From a virus (lineage: Duplodnaviria > Caudoviricetes), in the IMG/VR virus record IMGVR_UViG_3300038443_001692, positions 1 to 64,000 of that record: a stretch of 64,000 nt of DNA. One strand, written 5' to 3'. A program made the position numbers and the translations under genes. Positions 51,834 to 60,963 of the stretch are shown in pieces (position 1 is the first letter of the stretch; the number at the start of each line of letters is the position of its first letter). The notes below the pieces were generated by a model, which was given only the letters and a program-made list of their open reading frames with translations, had not been told where the DNA came from and ran no database searches.

Positions 51834-52854
51834 TTTCTTCTCCCATGATTTTGTCAACCTCGGCCGCGTCGTCGGGCCCAAGGTATTCGCGCAGCGCTTC
51901 CATCACGTTGAACGTGGTGACGTCCTCATGCGACAGCTGCAGCGCCTCGCCGTCGACGACGCCTTCGATCTTCACCGCGTTGGTGATGACCAGCGCCGCG
52001 GCCTCGCGCCGGAAGCGGCCCAGCGCCGATACGACCTTGTCGGCTTCGGCGGCTGTGGCCGTGCCGGTGACGCGGATGAAGCGCCCGATGTCTTTGAGAT
52101 CGCGCCAGTCCTGCTCAGAGAACGTGTCCTCGGCATCCCAGGTCTGGTGGAACTTCAGGCCGTTGGGCGCCAACTCAAGGCGGTATTTCTGAGCCGGCCC
52201 GAGGCAGTCGCTGATGCTGGAGCTGATCTGGTTGCCGACGATCACCACCTTGCCGCCAAGCTCTGTGCGTGCCTGGTGCTCGTGGCCAAAGATGATGTAC
52301 TCGACCGGCAGTTGCTCGGCCACCTCCTTCGACAGGTTCAGACTGTGATCCATCTCGACCGCAAACTGGTTGTCGTAGTTCATGTGAACGAACAGTGCCC
52401 GGCACGGCGGCACCTTGGCGAGCTCAAGGTTTGCCAAATCCTGGTTGGGTACGTGCGGCAGAACGTAGGTGTCGTGCTGATCAAGATAGGTGCCTTCCGT
52501 AATATGCGCTACACGCTCCGGATACAGGCCGCACAGCAGCTGCGCGAAAAACTGGAAAGACGACAGGCGCGTGCTGTTGCGATCGACGTCATGGTTCCCG
52601 TTTGCGAGGAACAAATCGCCGACGCCGCGCTCGATCCACGCGCTGAACATGCGCACAGCTTCCAGCAGGTCCGCACGCGGGATGTCCGGGCCGTCGAACA
52701 GGTCGCCGTTGATCAGCAGATCGCCGTTGATCTGCTCGAGCATTTCGCGCGTGCCGTCGAGCAGGTACTGCCGCAGCTGGTACGCTGTAGCGGGGGTGGT
52801 GCCTGCACTTCGGACGGCGCCGAGATGTAGGTCATTAAGGACGTGAAGGGTCAT
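51823..52854 (-). CDS. sbcD: SbcD/Mre11-like nuclease
   Basis: NDLHLG, GDLFD, GNHD and FGHEH motifs; adjacent to sbcC. Confidence 0.92.
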   Translation of the reverse strand: MTLHVLNDLHLGAVRSAGTTPATAYQLRQYLLDGTREMLEQINGDLLINGDLFDGPDIPRADLLEAVRMFSAWIERGVGDLFLANGNHDVDRNSTRLSSFQFFAQLLCGLYPERVAHITEGTYLDQHDTYVLPHVPNQDLANLELAKVPPCRALFVHMNYDNQFAVEMDHSLNLSKEVAEQLPVEYIIFGHEHQARTELGGKVVIVGNQISSSISDCLGPAQKYRLELAPNGLKFHQTWDAEDTFSEQDWRDLKDIGRFIRVTGTATAAEADKVVSALGRFRREAAALVITNAVKIEGVVDGEALQLSHEDVTTFNVMEALREYLGPDDAAEVDKIMGEENAA

Positions 52855-53353
52855 AGTTATTATTCGGGAAGTTGAGACGAGCGAACTCGCCATGTAGTTG
52901 GATTGCCGCTGCATCATATGCTCGCGCTGCGGCCTCTTCGTCACTGTGGTAGCCGAGATGGTAGTTCTTTCGATTGGCCATAATCTTTGCGTGCCAGGCA
53001 CTGCACACCTTGCTCCAGTACACACCCTTGAATCGAGAAGCGCCGACCCGGGAAGTGCTATTTTGGTGGTTCTGAAGGTCGGTCACGACTCGCAATTCGC
53101 TGCGACGGTTGTCCAGGGTGTCACCAAGCCTGTGGTCCACCTCTTGCTCCGGCGCCGCCTGCATGATCAGACGATGCATCTTCACCTGCGTGGTCTGGAT
53201 GCCCAGATGCCCGAACAGCAGCCTGAACTTTTTGCCTTTCGTGCTGGTGACAGCATAGCCGTTACACCAGCACCACTTCAGCTGCGTCAGCCATTCGTAG
53301 TCTTCATCATCCACCAGCGCGACGAATCCCTTCGTGAGGGGAATCTCCTTCAC
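52835..53353 (-). CDS. free-standing HNH-AP2 homing endonuclease
   Basis: MHRLIM...VDH..GDTLDNRRSELR plus AP2 domain FKGV.W...W.A.I...LG...AARAYD.AA..LHGEFA.LNFP; GTG start, GGAGG RBS; lower GC. Confidence 0.92.
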   Translation of the reverse strand: MKEIPLTKGFVALVDDEDYEWLTQLKWCWCNGYAVTSTKGKKFRLLFGHLGIQTTQVKMHRLIMQAAPEQEVDHRLGDTLDNRRSELRVVTDLQNHQNSTSRVGASRFKGVYWSKVCSAWHAKIMANRKNYHLGYHSDEEAAARAYDAAAIQLHGEFARLNFPNNNYDPSRP

Positions 53354-53368
53354 AGTGCCTCCAAACAA

Positions 53369-53500
53369 AAGCCCTCCTGACCGTGCTCTCGACCCGAGGG
53401 TCGAGTTGGCGGACGTCGAGTAGACGCAGCACGGTCAGGAGGGCTTACTCAGGTTCGCCGCCAAGCGAACCTGCAGACTACAGCAGGAAATTACCTGCCG
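53369..53500 (-). ncRNA. candidate pseudoknotted cis-regulatory RNA ending in a terminator-like stem
   Basis: 19-bp perfect stem 53369-53387/53428-53446, four further helices, loop-loop complement 53458-53464/53406-53412. Confidence 0.6.
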
Positions 53501-53953
53501 TCAAGGAAACAACAGCGCCATCACATCCTCGACCTTGGGGTAGGCTGGGAACATCGAGACGTCCCAGGATGCTGCTCGCTCGTAGAAGTGCGAAGCCGGC
53601 ACCACCCGCCACTCGCGCACACCGCCACGGCCCTCGGTCAGGTGGCAGATGACGACCCAGCCAGGCGAGCCGGCCAGCGCCCACTTGCGCATGCGGGCCA
53701 CCTTGTCGGCCGCGAAGTTCGCCGCCGGCAGCCGCCGGCTGGAGACGGTCGTGATCTTGACCTCCTTCACCTCGACCTTAAAGTTCGTGCCGCGGTGCGT
53801 CACCTCGAAGTCGGACGGCGCCGGCTGGGCCGAGCCCGCCCTGGCATCCGGGTACCGGAGAAACGCCAGCTGCGCATCAGCCTCGCTACGTCGGGCAAGC
53901 CAGTCACGGACCTGCTTCTCGGCCCACTTGCCACGTTGTCCTACTGTTGCCAT
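53501..53953 (-). CDS. Holliday junction resolvase, PD-(D/E)xK
   Basis: G..AE, PSDF and VEVK motifs; located among recombination genes. Confidence 0.75.
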   Translation of the reverse strand: MATVGQRGKWAEKQVRDWLARRSEADAQLAFLRYPDARAGSAQPAPSDFEVTHRGTNFKVEVKEVKITTVSSRRLPAANFAADKVARMRKWALAGSPGWVVICHLTEGRGGVREWRVVPASHFYERAASWDVSMFPAYPKVEDVMALLFP

Positions 53954-53954
53954 G

Positions 53955-54128
53955 TCAGTCTCCTTCCCCGTCGAGCAGCTGGCACGCATCCTGCAAGCTG
54001 TCCTCGATTGTCTCGAGGGTGATTCGCAGTTTGCTGCCCGGCTCGGCAGCCTCGATGAGCGGCTTGACCTTCTGCAGCGCGCGCTCGATTTTTGTGACCG
54101 CTGCCTCGATCTTTCTGACGGCGCTCAT
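53955..54128 (-). CDS. small coiled-coil protein
   Basis: 57 aa, coupled to thyA. Confidence 0.6.
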   Translation of the reverse strand: MSAVRKIEAAVTKIERALQKVKPLIEAAEPGSKLRITLETIEDSLQDACQLLDGEGD

Positions 54129-55018
54129 ACGGCCATCGGCGCTTTGATCGCCGCGTGGGATTGGTAGTCGACCAGACGGATGCTGTCGGGCGTCAGCGCG
54201 CGCAGGAGCGACTCCAGCTCCATATCGACCGCGCGCTCTGGCGTGTCCAGCAGCAGCCTCGGCGCCGGCAGCACTTCGCGCGTCAGCTGCTCCTTCACCT
54301 GCTCGATGTGATTCTCGTAGATGTGGGCGTCGGCCAGGAACATCGTCAGCGTGCCGGCCGTGTAGCCGGTCCACGCCGCGAACAGCTCCAGCAGCAGCGC
54401 GTAGCTGGCGATGTTGAAGGGCACGCCGAGGAACATGTCGCAGCTGCGCTGGTACATCGTCATGTGCAGCACGCGGCCGTCGACGTGCGGCAGCAGCTGG
54501 AACAGGACGTGGCAGGGCGGCAGGGCGGCTCGCCCGAGCTTTACGTCGACCGCATTCCAGGCGTTGACGATGATGCGGCGGTTGGTCGGATCGTAACGCA
54601 CCAGGTCGAGGGCCTGCGCCAACTGGTCGACCGTGGCGAAGGCCGCGGTATCGTCCAATTCGGTGATGCGCTCCATCTGCTGGCGCCACTGCACGCCATA
54701 GATGCGCCCCAAGTCGTCCGGACCCTTGCGGTAGGGAGAATTCAGCCAGGCCGGCGTCTCGTTGGCGTTCTGGTCCCAGATAGTACAGCCCAGCGCGCGA
54801 AATTCCGACGCGTTCCGGCAGCCGCGCAGGAAGCCGATCAGCTCGCCCTTGACCTGGTTGAAGGCCAGCTTCTTCGTGGTGATGGCCGGGAAGCCGTCGC
54901 GCAGATCGAACTTGAGCATGGCGCCGGGCAGCGTCAGGGTGTCGATGCCGGTGCGGTTGGACTGGCGGATGCCGCGGACGAGGATCTCGCGCAGCAGGTT
55001 CAGGTAGTTGTCTTCCAT
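54125..55018 (-). CDS. thyA: thymidylate synthase
   Basis: RTG, LPPCH and YQRSCD.FLGVPFNIASY. Confidence 0.97.
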   Translation of the reverse strand: MEDNYLNLLREILVRGIRQSNRTGIDTLTLPGAMLKFDLRDGFPAITTKKLAFNQVKGELIGFLRGCRNASEFRALGCTIWDQNANETPAWLNSPYRKGPDDLGRIYGVQWRQQMERITELDDTAAFATVDQLAQALDLVRYDPTNRRIIVNAWNAVDVKLGRAALPPCHVLFQLLPHVDGRVLHMTMYQRSCDMFLGVPFNIASYALLLELFAAWTGYTAGTLTMFLADAHIYENHIEQVKEQLTREVLPAPRLLLDTPERAVDMELESLLRALTPDSIRLVDYQSHAAIKAPMAV

Positions 55019-55019
55019 G

Positions 55020-55229
55020 TCATTTGCTTTCAGATTTGAGGGTGAGAGTGAACGCGTAGCTCGGGTAGATCTGCCCAAGGCCGTGGATCTGCTCGGCGCC
55101 GACAATCTCATGAGCGGTACGCCCGGTGTGGGTCAGGACGTAGGCACGCAGCGCCTCGTACACCTCAGCGGGCGAGAGCTCGATGCGGTCCAGTGGCACC
55201 GGCTGCGGCTTGCCTTCGATGATCTTCAT
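55020..55229 (-). CDS. hypothetical protein
   Basis: 69 aa, GGAGG RBS. Confidence 0.65.
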   Translation of the reverse strand: MKIIEGKPQPVPLDRIELSPAEVYEALRAYVLTHTGRTAHEIVGAEQIHGLGQIYPSYAFTLTLKSESK

Positions 55230-56206
55230 GCTGCCTCCACCGGCATGTCGTACTTCTCGCGGCGGCGCACGAAGCGGGCCTGGCGCGGCGCGTCCTTCAC
55301 GCCGGTGTCGAGCGAGCAGTATTCGGCCGGCCAGCCGACGATCTGCGTCGGATCGTTGAACCATTCGACGCGCTGCGCGTGGGTCGAGCTGCCTGGGCCG
55401 AGGCGGATCGGCTGGCCAGTCGCCGTGTCGGTCGCGAGGAACGTGCCGATCATGCCCTTGCCGACGAGACCCGCCTTGGCCGTGCTGCGTTCAGTGCGGC
55501 CCAAGGCGTTGGTCGTCGCCTCGTTCTGGTTTTCCATCGCTTCCTCGAAGCCGGTGATGACGCAGTCCTTGACGGACGCCGGCTTGAAGCGCCAGAAGTC
55601 GTTTGCCTTGGGCGTCGCGCGGCCGTGCTTGTGCTTGGCCTTCGGGTCGCGGAAGACGGCGCCTTCGTAGCCCAGCAGGATCGATTCGTCGATGAAAGCC
55701 TGCGCCTGCCCGGCGTCGTTAATGACGACGTAGTCGAGGACGCGCACGTGCGGCAGCCCTTCGGCGCGACACAGCAGCTCCTTATACCGCTGCTCATAGA
55801 CCATGCCAGTGTCTGCATGGTCCGGATGCAGCCAGTCGAACAGATTCCAGACGACGTTCGTCGGCAGCACCGTCTCGCCCTTCTTGATCTTCGCGCGATT
55901 GGTGATGCCGGTCGTTAGCGAGCACAGTGTCTCGTTGCCCTCAGGCCGTAAGGTTGCGGGCAGCTCGCGGTTGGTCAGGTAGCCATCGATCGTCAGCTCG
56001 CCATCGAACCAGGCGTATTCCGGGCCGCTGAACTTCTCGGCCAGCGCCGTGTTCTTCATGTCTTCCAGCGAGCGGCCGGTGAACTTGCCCTTGACATGGC
56101 AGCCGCGCACGCCGTCGATCTTACGGAAGCCCCAAACGGGGAAGCGCATGCCGGCGAAGTCCGGTTTGACGTCGATGGCGAGTTGGGGCAGGGTCTGGGT
56201 CGTCAT
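55226..56206 (-). CDS. ATP-dependent DNA ligase
   Basis: KIDGVR (motif I), FDGEL, FD and EGAVFR (motif IV). Confidence 0.92.
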   Translation of the reverse strand: MTTQTLPQLAIDVKPDFAGMRFPVWGFRKIDGVRGCHVKGKFTGRSLEDMKNTALAEKFSGPEYAWFDGELTIDGYLTNRELPATLRPEGNETLCSLTTGITNRAKIKKGETVLPTNVVWNLFDWLHPDHADTGMVYEQRYKELLCRAEGLPHVRVLDYVVINDAGQAQAFIDESILLGYEGAVFRDPKAKHKHGRATPKANDFWRFKPASVKDCVITGFEEAMENQNEATTNALGRTERSTAKAGLVGKGMIGTFLATDTATGQPIRLGPGSSTHAQRVEWFNDPTQIVGWPAEYCSLDTGVKDAPRQARFVRRREKYDMPVEAA

Positions 56207-56415
56207 TATTTTTCCTCCGTGATGATGGTGATGTCAGCGTTGAAGTGGGCGGGCAGGGCGCGATGCGAGGTCGGTGGCAGCTGCTCGTGGTTGTCGTCGA
56301 TCAGCTTGACGTTCAGGCCGTGGCGGATCTTCAGGTCGCTGGCGATGTAATCGGCCAGCGTGGACTTGCCGTGGCCGGCCAGCCCGGAAATGGTGATCGT
56401 GATCTTACGGTCCAT
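56206..56415 (-). CDS. minimal P-loop protein (69 aa)
   Basis: ITISGLAGHGKST Walker A with no other NTPase motifs. Confidence 0.65.
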   Translation of the reverse strand: MDRKITITISGLAGHGKSTLADYIASDLKIRHGLNVKLIDDNHEQLPPTSHRALPAHFNADITIITEEK

Positions 56416-56469
56416 GTTGTTGCCTTTCAGGGTTGTTGTGCCCGGCGCGCGGCCGGGCGGGTGGGGTTG

Positions 56470-59400
56470 TTATGCTGCTTCCCTCAGTTCGCCACGCTCG
56501 CGCATGGCCTTGTACATTTCCGCCAGCCCGGCGTCGATTGCCTCGCGAGTCGGGTACGGCCCGATCTCGGTCTGGCGGTAGAAGTTCGGGCCGAACGAGA
56601 TGGTCGACACGACCTCCAGATCCATGTTGGCGTACGGCGCCGTCATGGCCGCGTGGCAGCGCGGCAGGAAGGCGTGCAGATCGCAGATGCGCACCGACCA
56701 GACCACTTCATCGTGAATGGGCCCGTAGCAGACCGCGTCGAAGTCGTACGCCAAGTTGTCGCGCCACATACGGCCTTCCGCAAGTTTCGTCTGCTCGCCT
56801 GCGGCGCCCTGCACCTTGAAGTTCACGGCCTGGCGCTCGGCCTTGCTCTTCTCGAAGTTGGTGCCGTTCTGCAGCACGTCGCCCAGGTGACGCACGGCGC
56901 CCATCATGGTCCGCACGACACCCTTCTCCTTCACCTCGTCGCGGATCGCGGCCTTCCACTGCTCGGCAACCGGATACATCGCCGCACGAGCATCAAGGAA
57001 CAGCTGGGCGCGCTCGACCGAGATCATGAGCGTGGCGGCCACCTTCTCGGCCATTGCGCCGTATTCGGCCGTGAAGTTCACCTTCTTGCCCAGGCCGCGG
57101 ATCTCCTTGGCCACCTTCTTCATCTCAGCGTTCAGTGCACCTTCCAGCGCCTGCTCGTAGTCCTCGTAGGTCCAGTCGAGTTTGTTCTCCTCGCGGATGA
57201 TGCCCAGCGCCGTGATGGTGTGTGGCGACTTGCGCTTCTCGCCCTGGAAGCAGGACAATGCGTTCGGGTCTTGCGACTGGAACGCGATCAGCACCATCTC
57301 CTGCGAGTCGAAGTCCATGGAGACGATGACGGCGTCGGGCCGGTGCGGCACGATCACCTCGCGGAATTTGGCCTCCTGCCCGTCGATCTTCGCGTGCTTG
57401 GGCAGCTGCTGCTTGTTCGGCTTCGATTCGCTGGCGCGGCGCGTCACGGTCGCCGCCTGGTTGTGCTGCGAACGCACCTTGCCATCCTTCCAGTGCGGGT
57501 AGTACGGGTACTTCGAGTAAAACAGCGAGCGGCGCGTCGTGACCATGCCCATCAGCTTCAGGGCTTCCAGCACGGGCCTCTGCTCGTACATGCAGTCCTG
57601 CAAGGCGTAGGCCACGGCCAGTGCGTCCGTCTTCGGCGTGCCCTCGCGGATGCCGGCCTTCTTCATCGTGTCAGTCGGCATGTTGCGCACGCGGATCGGC
57701 AGGCCCATCACCTCGTACATCAGCTTCTGCATCTGCAGCGGCGAGCCCTTGTTGAACTGCGGCTCGCCCTTGAAATGGCGGCGGACGTAATCGGTGAATT
57801 CCTTCTCGACCTCGGCTGGGATGGTGCCGTCCGGCAGATCGTGCTTCTCACCGCGCACGGCCGCACTGGCCTGCACCAGCCGATCCAGCATGCGAGCGAA
57901 CTGCAGATGCGGCGTTTCGGTCTCGATGAATTTGACGATCTTCGACGGCGTGCGCATCATCGTGTCCAGCGTTTCGCCAGTCACGATCGTGTACGCCTCC
58001 TTGATCTGCGCCGGCGTGATGTCGACCGTGTACTGGGGCGGCGACGTGCCGGCCCAGCCCTGCGCGATCAGGTACTCGCGCACCACGGCCCAGGCAGCGT
58101 CGAACGTGGCGTCATCCTCGCGCTCGAGCTCCTTGCAGCGCGCGATCGACACCTCGGTGCCGTCGATGAAGTTCTTCGCATGCTGGTAGGCCGCGTCGAT
58201 CTCCACCTCCAGATAGACCTGCCACGAGTGCTCCAGCTGCAGGAACAGCTTGTAGTAGTTGTGCAGGGCGATCGTGCAGATCGTGTCGTCCGCGCCATAC
58301 CCAAGCACGTAGGCCGCCGGCAGCTCGCGCATCTTGTAGCGGCGCGTCTGCGTGGCCACGACCGGCAGCCCATCCTCGCCCTCCACCAGCTCCGTCTTCG
58401 TGATCTCCATCGGCTGGACGCCGGCGGCGATCTCCTCGTCTGTCAGCGGCTCGAAGCGGCCCGTGCCGACCGTCCGGTACTGATACTCCTCGCGCACGAA
58501 CCTGCCACCCTTGAACAGCTCGGACGGATGCGCCGTGATCACGCACGTCTCCTCGTACGTCTGCTGGCGGTAGCCCAAGGTGCCGTGCGAGCGCTGCTTC
58601 AGGCCAGTCGGGATGTTCTCGTCGACGTAGTTCGCTTCGAACTTCGTGTCGAGCACATTCGGCAAGAAACCGTGATAGCCGTTGTCCAGCTGGCGCGCGC
58701 CCCACTCGTTAAACAGGACCGCCAGCTCGAACGAGACGTTCTGGATGACCAGTGGGATCTCCTGTGGAATCGACGCGATGAACTGGCGCAGAGCCTCACT
58801 GGCGATGTTGTCCGTGTCGGCATGGTCGACCGAAAAGTAGAGCGTGTACTGGTTGTTCGGGCCGAACGTGAGCGCCAGGCCGGTGAGAGTCGAACCGAAC
58901 ACGTCTACGCCGTCCGGATCGCCCAGCGCAGCCAGCCACTCGTCGGACTCGTCCGGCGTCGAGGTTTCGATGTCGAGCGCGACCTCGCGCGAAGCACGAA
59001 TGTGCGGCGCGGCCCACTCGCAAGCCGCCTTGAACGACTCGCGCGTGATGAGCCGCGTGCGGCCGTACCAGGGTTTCAGGCGCGGATCGTTGTCAGTGGG
59101 CGCCAGCTGGCGCACCATACCGGCCTCCCAGTGGATCGGCTGGCGCATCGTGTTGACCCACTCGGGGCGCACGCGAGCAAGGTCGAAGCAGCGGATCACC
59201 TGCGACGCATTGTCGAGGATCATCTGCAACAGCTTGTCGTCCGATCCGATGTACTCGGCCAGCGGCGCCAGATCGCTACGCAGCAGCATGCCGTGGATCT
59301 CGGCCAGGCCGTCGTAGCCGTACTTGTCGCACAGCGCCTCGAACTTCTTCGGGCCGAAGCCCGGGCAGCCCTTGATGTTGTCCGAGCTGTCGCCGACCAG

Positions 59401-59982
59401 CGCCTTGTACGTGGTGACGAGGTGATAGTCGAACGTGCCGTACTTGTTGTGCTCGAACATCTCGTTGATCCACGTCGACACGCGCGCGCCGTGGGCATTC
59501 GGATGCAGGTTCAGCACCGTCAGGTCGTTGTCAAACGTGAAGACGATCAGGTCGTCCTCGGTATTGAAGGACAGCCAGGCGAGCGTGTCGTCGCCCTCGG
59601 CGAAGTCCTGCGTGAGGACCTGCGCACCCAGATCAAGGAAGGTCCGCCTGAGCATTTCGCGGCACTTCTCGAACTCGGCGTACGCCTCCGGCGGCCGGCT
59701 GCTCGCACCGCCGCCCTTATACTGGTTGTCGATCAGCAGGCGCTTGCTCTTGCTGTTCTGACCTTCGAACACGAGGATGACGTCGATCGGATTCAGCTTG
59801 TACGCCTTCATGCAGTCGAGCATGCGGCCGAGCGTATTGTCGTAGCCGTACTGCGCCGAATTGATATAAACAGTTTTCCCTTCATGCTCGACTTCGTAGC
59901 CGTTCTCTTTGTCCTTGGACCACGACATCATCGTCCACATGAAGGACGAGCAGTCAAAGGCGCCGCGACGATATTTTTTCAT
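56470..59982 (-). CDS. polA: family A DNA polymerase with N-terminal 5' nuclease and 3'-5' exonuclease
   Basis: FEN-like EGDD..D.D..GDSSDNIKG.PG.G; ExoI DIETS; motif A DFDSQE; motif B KKVNF...YG; motif C IHDE. Confidence 0.95.
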   Translation of the reverse strand: MKKYRRGAFDCSSFMWTMMSWSKDKENGYEVEHEGKTVYINSAQYGYDNTLGRMLDCMKAYKLNPIDVILVFEGQNSKSKRLLIDNQYKGGGASSRPPEAYAEFEKCREMLRRTFLDLGAQVLTQDFAEGDDTLAWLSFNTEDDLIVFTFDNDLTVLNLHPNAHGARVSTWINEMFEHNKYGTFDYHLVTTYKALVGDSSDNIKGCPGFGPKKFEALCDKYGYDGLAEIHGMLLRSDLAPLAEYIGSDDKLLQMILDNASQVIRCFDLARVRPEWVNTMRQPIHWEAGMVRQLAPTDNDPRLKPWYGRTRLITRESFKAACEWAAPHIRASREVALDIETSTPDESDEWLAALGDPDGVDVFGSTLTGLALTFGPNNQYTLYFSVDHADTDNIASEALRQFIASIPQEIPLVIQNVSFELAVLFNEWGARQLDNGYHGFLPNVLDTKFEANYVDENIPTGLKQRSHGTLGYRQQTYEETCVITAHPSELFKGGRFVREEYQYRTVGTGRFEPLTDEEIAAGVQPMEITKTELVEGEDGLPVVATQTRRYKMRELPAAYVLGYGADDTICTIALHNYYKLFLQLEHSWQVYLEVEIDAAYQHAKNFIDGTEVSIARCKELEREDDATFDAAWAVVREYLIAQGWAGTSPPQYTVDITPAQIKEAYTIVTGETLDTMMRTPSKIVKFIETETPHLQFARMLDRLVQASAAVRGEKHDLPDGTIPAEVEKEFTDYVRRHFKGEPQFNKGSPLQMQKLMYEVMGLPIRVRNMPTDTMKKAGIREGTPKTDALAVAYALQDCMYEQRPVLEALKLMGMVTTRRSLFYSKYPYYPHWKDGKVRSQHNQAATVTRRASESKPNKQQLPKHAKIDGQEAKFREVIVPHRPDAVIVSMDFDSQEMVLIAFQSQDPNALSCFQGEKRKSPHTITALGIIREENKLDWTYEDYEQALEGALNAEMKKVAKEIRGLGKKVNFTAEYGAMAEKVAATLMISVERAQLFLDARAAMYPVAEQWKAAIRDEVKEKGVVRTMMGAVRHLGDVLQNGTNFEKSKAERQAVNFKVQGAAGEQTKLAEGRMWRDNLAYDFDAVCYGPIHDEVVWSVRICDLHAFLPRCHAAMTAPYANMDLEVVSTISFGPNFYRQTEIGPYPTREAIDAGLAEMYKAMRERGELREAA

Positions 59983-60224
59983 TAGGCCCTCCGTTGCAGT
60001 TTCTGACGCTTTTCAATCTCGGTCTGGCAAGCCGCGCACCGCACGCGCTTATAGGCGATGCGCACCGGCGCCAGCTCGTCGCCGCAGCCGACGCAATTCA
60101 CGCCGTCGAAGTCCGGATGGTGCTCAGCCTTGAGATGTTCACGCACCTGCGCCAGGCCGAAGTCCGAGGTTTCCTGGCGCAGGTTTTCTGCCGTCTCAAG
60201 TTCGTCTGCCGTACGTTCGCTCAT
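59982..60224 (-). CDS. DksA/TraR-family C4 zinc-finger protein
   Basis: CVGCG...R....RCAACQ; acidic N-terminal DELE. Confidence 0.88.
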   Translation of the reverse strand: MSERTADELETAENLRQETSDFGLAQVREHLKAEHHPDFDGVNCVGCGDELAPVRIAYKRVRCAACQTEIEKRQKLQRRA

Positions 60225-60748
60225 GCCATACCTCGCAGGACAGCACGGATCTGCTCAAGCGTGTCTGACAGGTCGCCGCTGTTGTCAATAAGTGCGTCGA
60301 TCGAGTCGATGCGCAGGCCTGCTTCCGAAACGTGCATTCGCTGCGCGCCGAGATCGGCCTGCCGCCCGCGGATAAACACCACCCTGCCGCCCAGCGCGCG
60401 GATCATCCTCGCCTCATTCTCGAAGCGGACGTCAGAAAGGACGACGCGCGCATTGTTATCGAAATTACTCAGCCTCAACCCCATGACCTTGACCCAGATG
60501 TCCGGATCCAACTTGCGACCCCACTCCGTACCGAGAGCCTGTGCAGCCATGCGCCAGCTGAAGTCGAAGCCAGGAATCGGCTGCTCCTTCGCATCGCGGT
60601 CGGCCGGCTCCGGCATGCCGGCGGCCGCCAGCATCGCCTTGAGCGGACCAGCGAACGACAGCTTGACAAAACCGTGCTCACGCACGAGGTAGTCGGCGAC
60701 GGTATCCTTACCTGCACCGGCCTTGCCGGTCATTCCGATCAAAATCAT
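60221..60748 (-). CDS. deoxynucleoside monophosphate kinase
   Basis: GKAGAGKDT, SFA.PLK, Q.LGTEWGR and DVRF.NE. Confidence 0.92.
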   Translation of the reverse strand: MILIGMTGKAGAGKDTVADYLVREHGFVKLSFAGPLKAMLAAAGMPEPADRDAKEQPIPGFDFSWRMAAQALGTEWGRKLDPDIWVKVMGLRLSNFDNNARVVLSDVRFENEARMIRALGGRVVFIRGRQADLGAQRMHVSEAGLRIDSIDALIDNSGDLSDTLEQIRAVLRGMA

Positions 60749-60963
60749 TTCTTGACTCCCAATTTATTGAAAATTCTTCTGAAAATATAGCTCCGCACCA
60801 GCGATACCGCGGTGAAGAACAGGGTGATGGCGACGCTGTCGGTCGGCGACGAGTGCAGATGCCATACGGGATTGACAAAGTAGTGCTGCAGTAGCGCGCT
60901 GATGAGAAATGCGGCGCCGGTAGAGACAACCACTTCGATCAGGGTATGACGGTGGCTTTGCAT
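60745..60963 (-). CDS. small membrane protein (DUF7220-like)
   Basis: MQS...LIE...T.VSL.RSY.FRR.FN pattern. Confidence 0.8.
   Translation of the reverse strand: MQSHRHTLIEVVVSTGAAFLISALLQHYFVNPVWHLHSSPTDSVAITLFFTAVSLVRSYIFRRIFNKLGVKK

Noticed and set aside
53369-53500. Group I intron 3' end (UAGUC followed by a P9-like hairpin) or ZTP riboswitch
   Set aside because: No GACUA P7 partner or P3-P8 core upstream; both flanking genes are intact; topology differs from the ZTP aptamer
54125-55018. Base-hypermodification enzyme (dCMP/dUMP hydroxymethylase)
   Set aside because: Canonical ThyA motifs, including the Asn in PFNIASY; no glycosyl- or amino-transferase genes recognised nearby
58300-58600. 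Intein in the DNA polymerase
   Set aside because: Insertion is short and lacks the N-terminal Cys/Ser block and the C-terminal His-Asn
56245-59985. 1246-aa plus-strand ORF
   Set aside because: Antisense shadow of polA; no RBS or motifs
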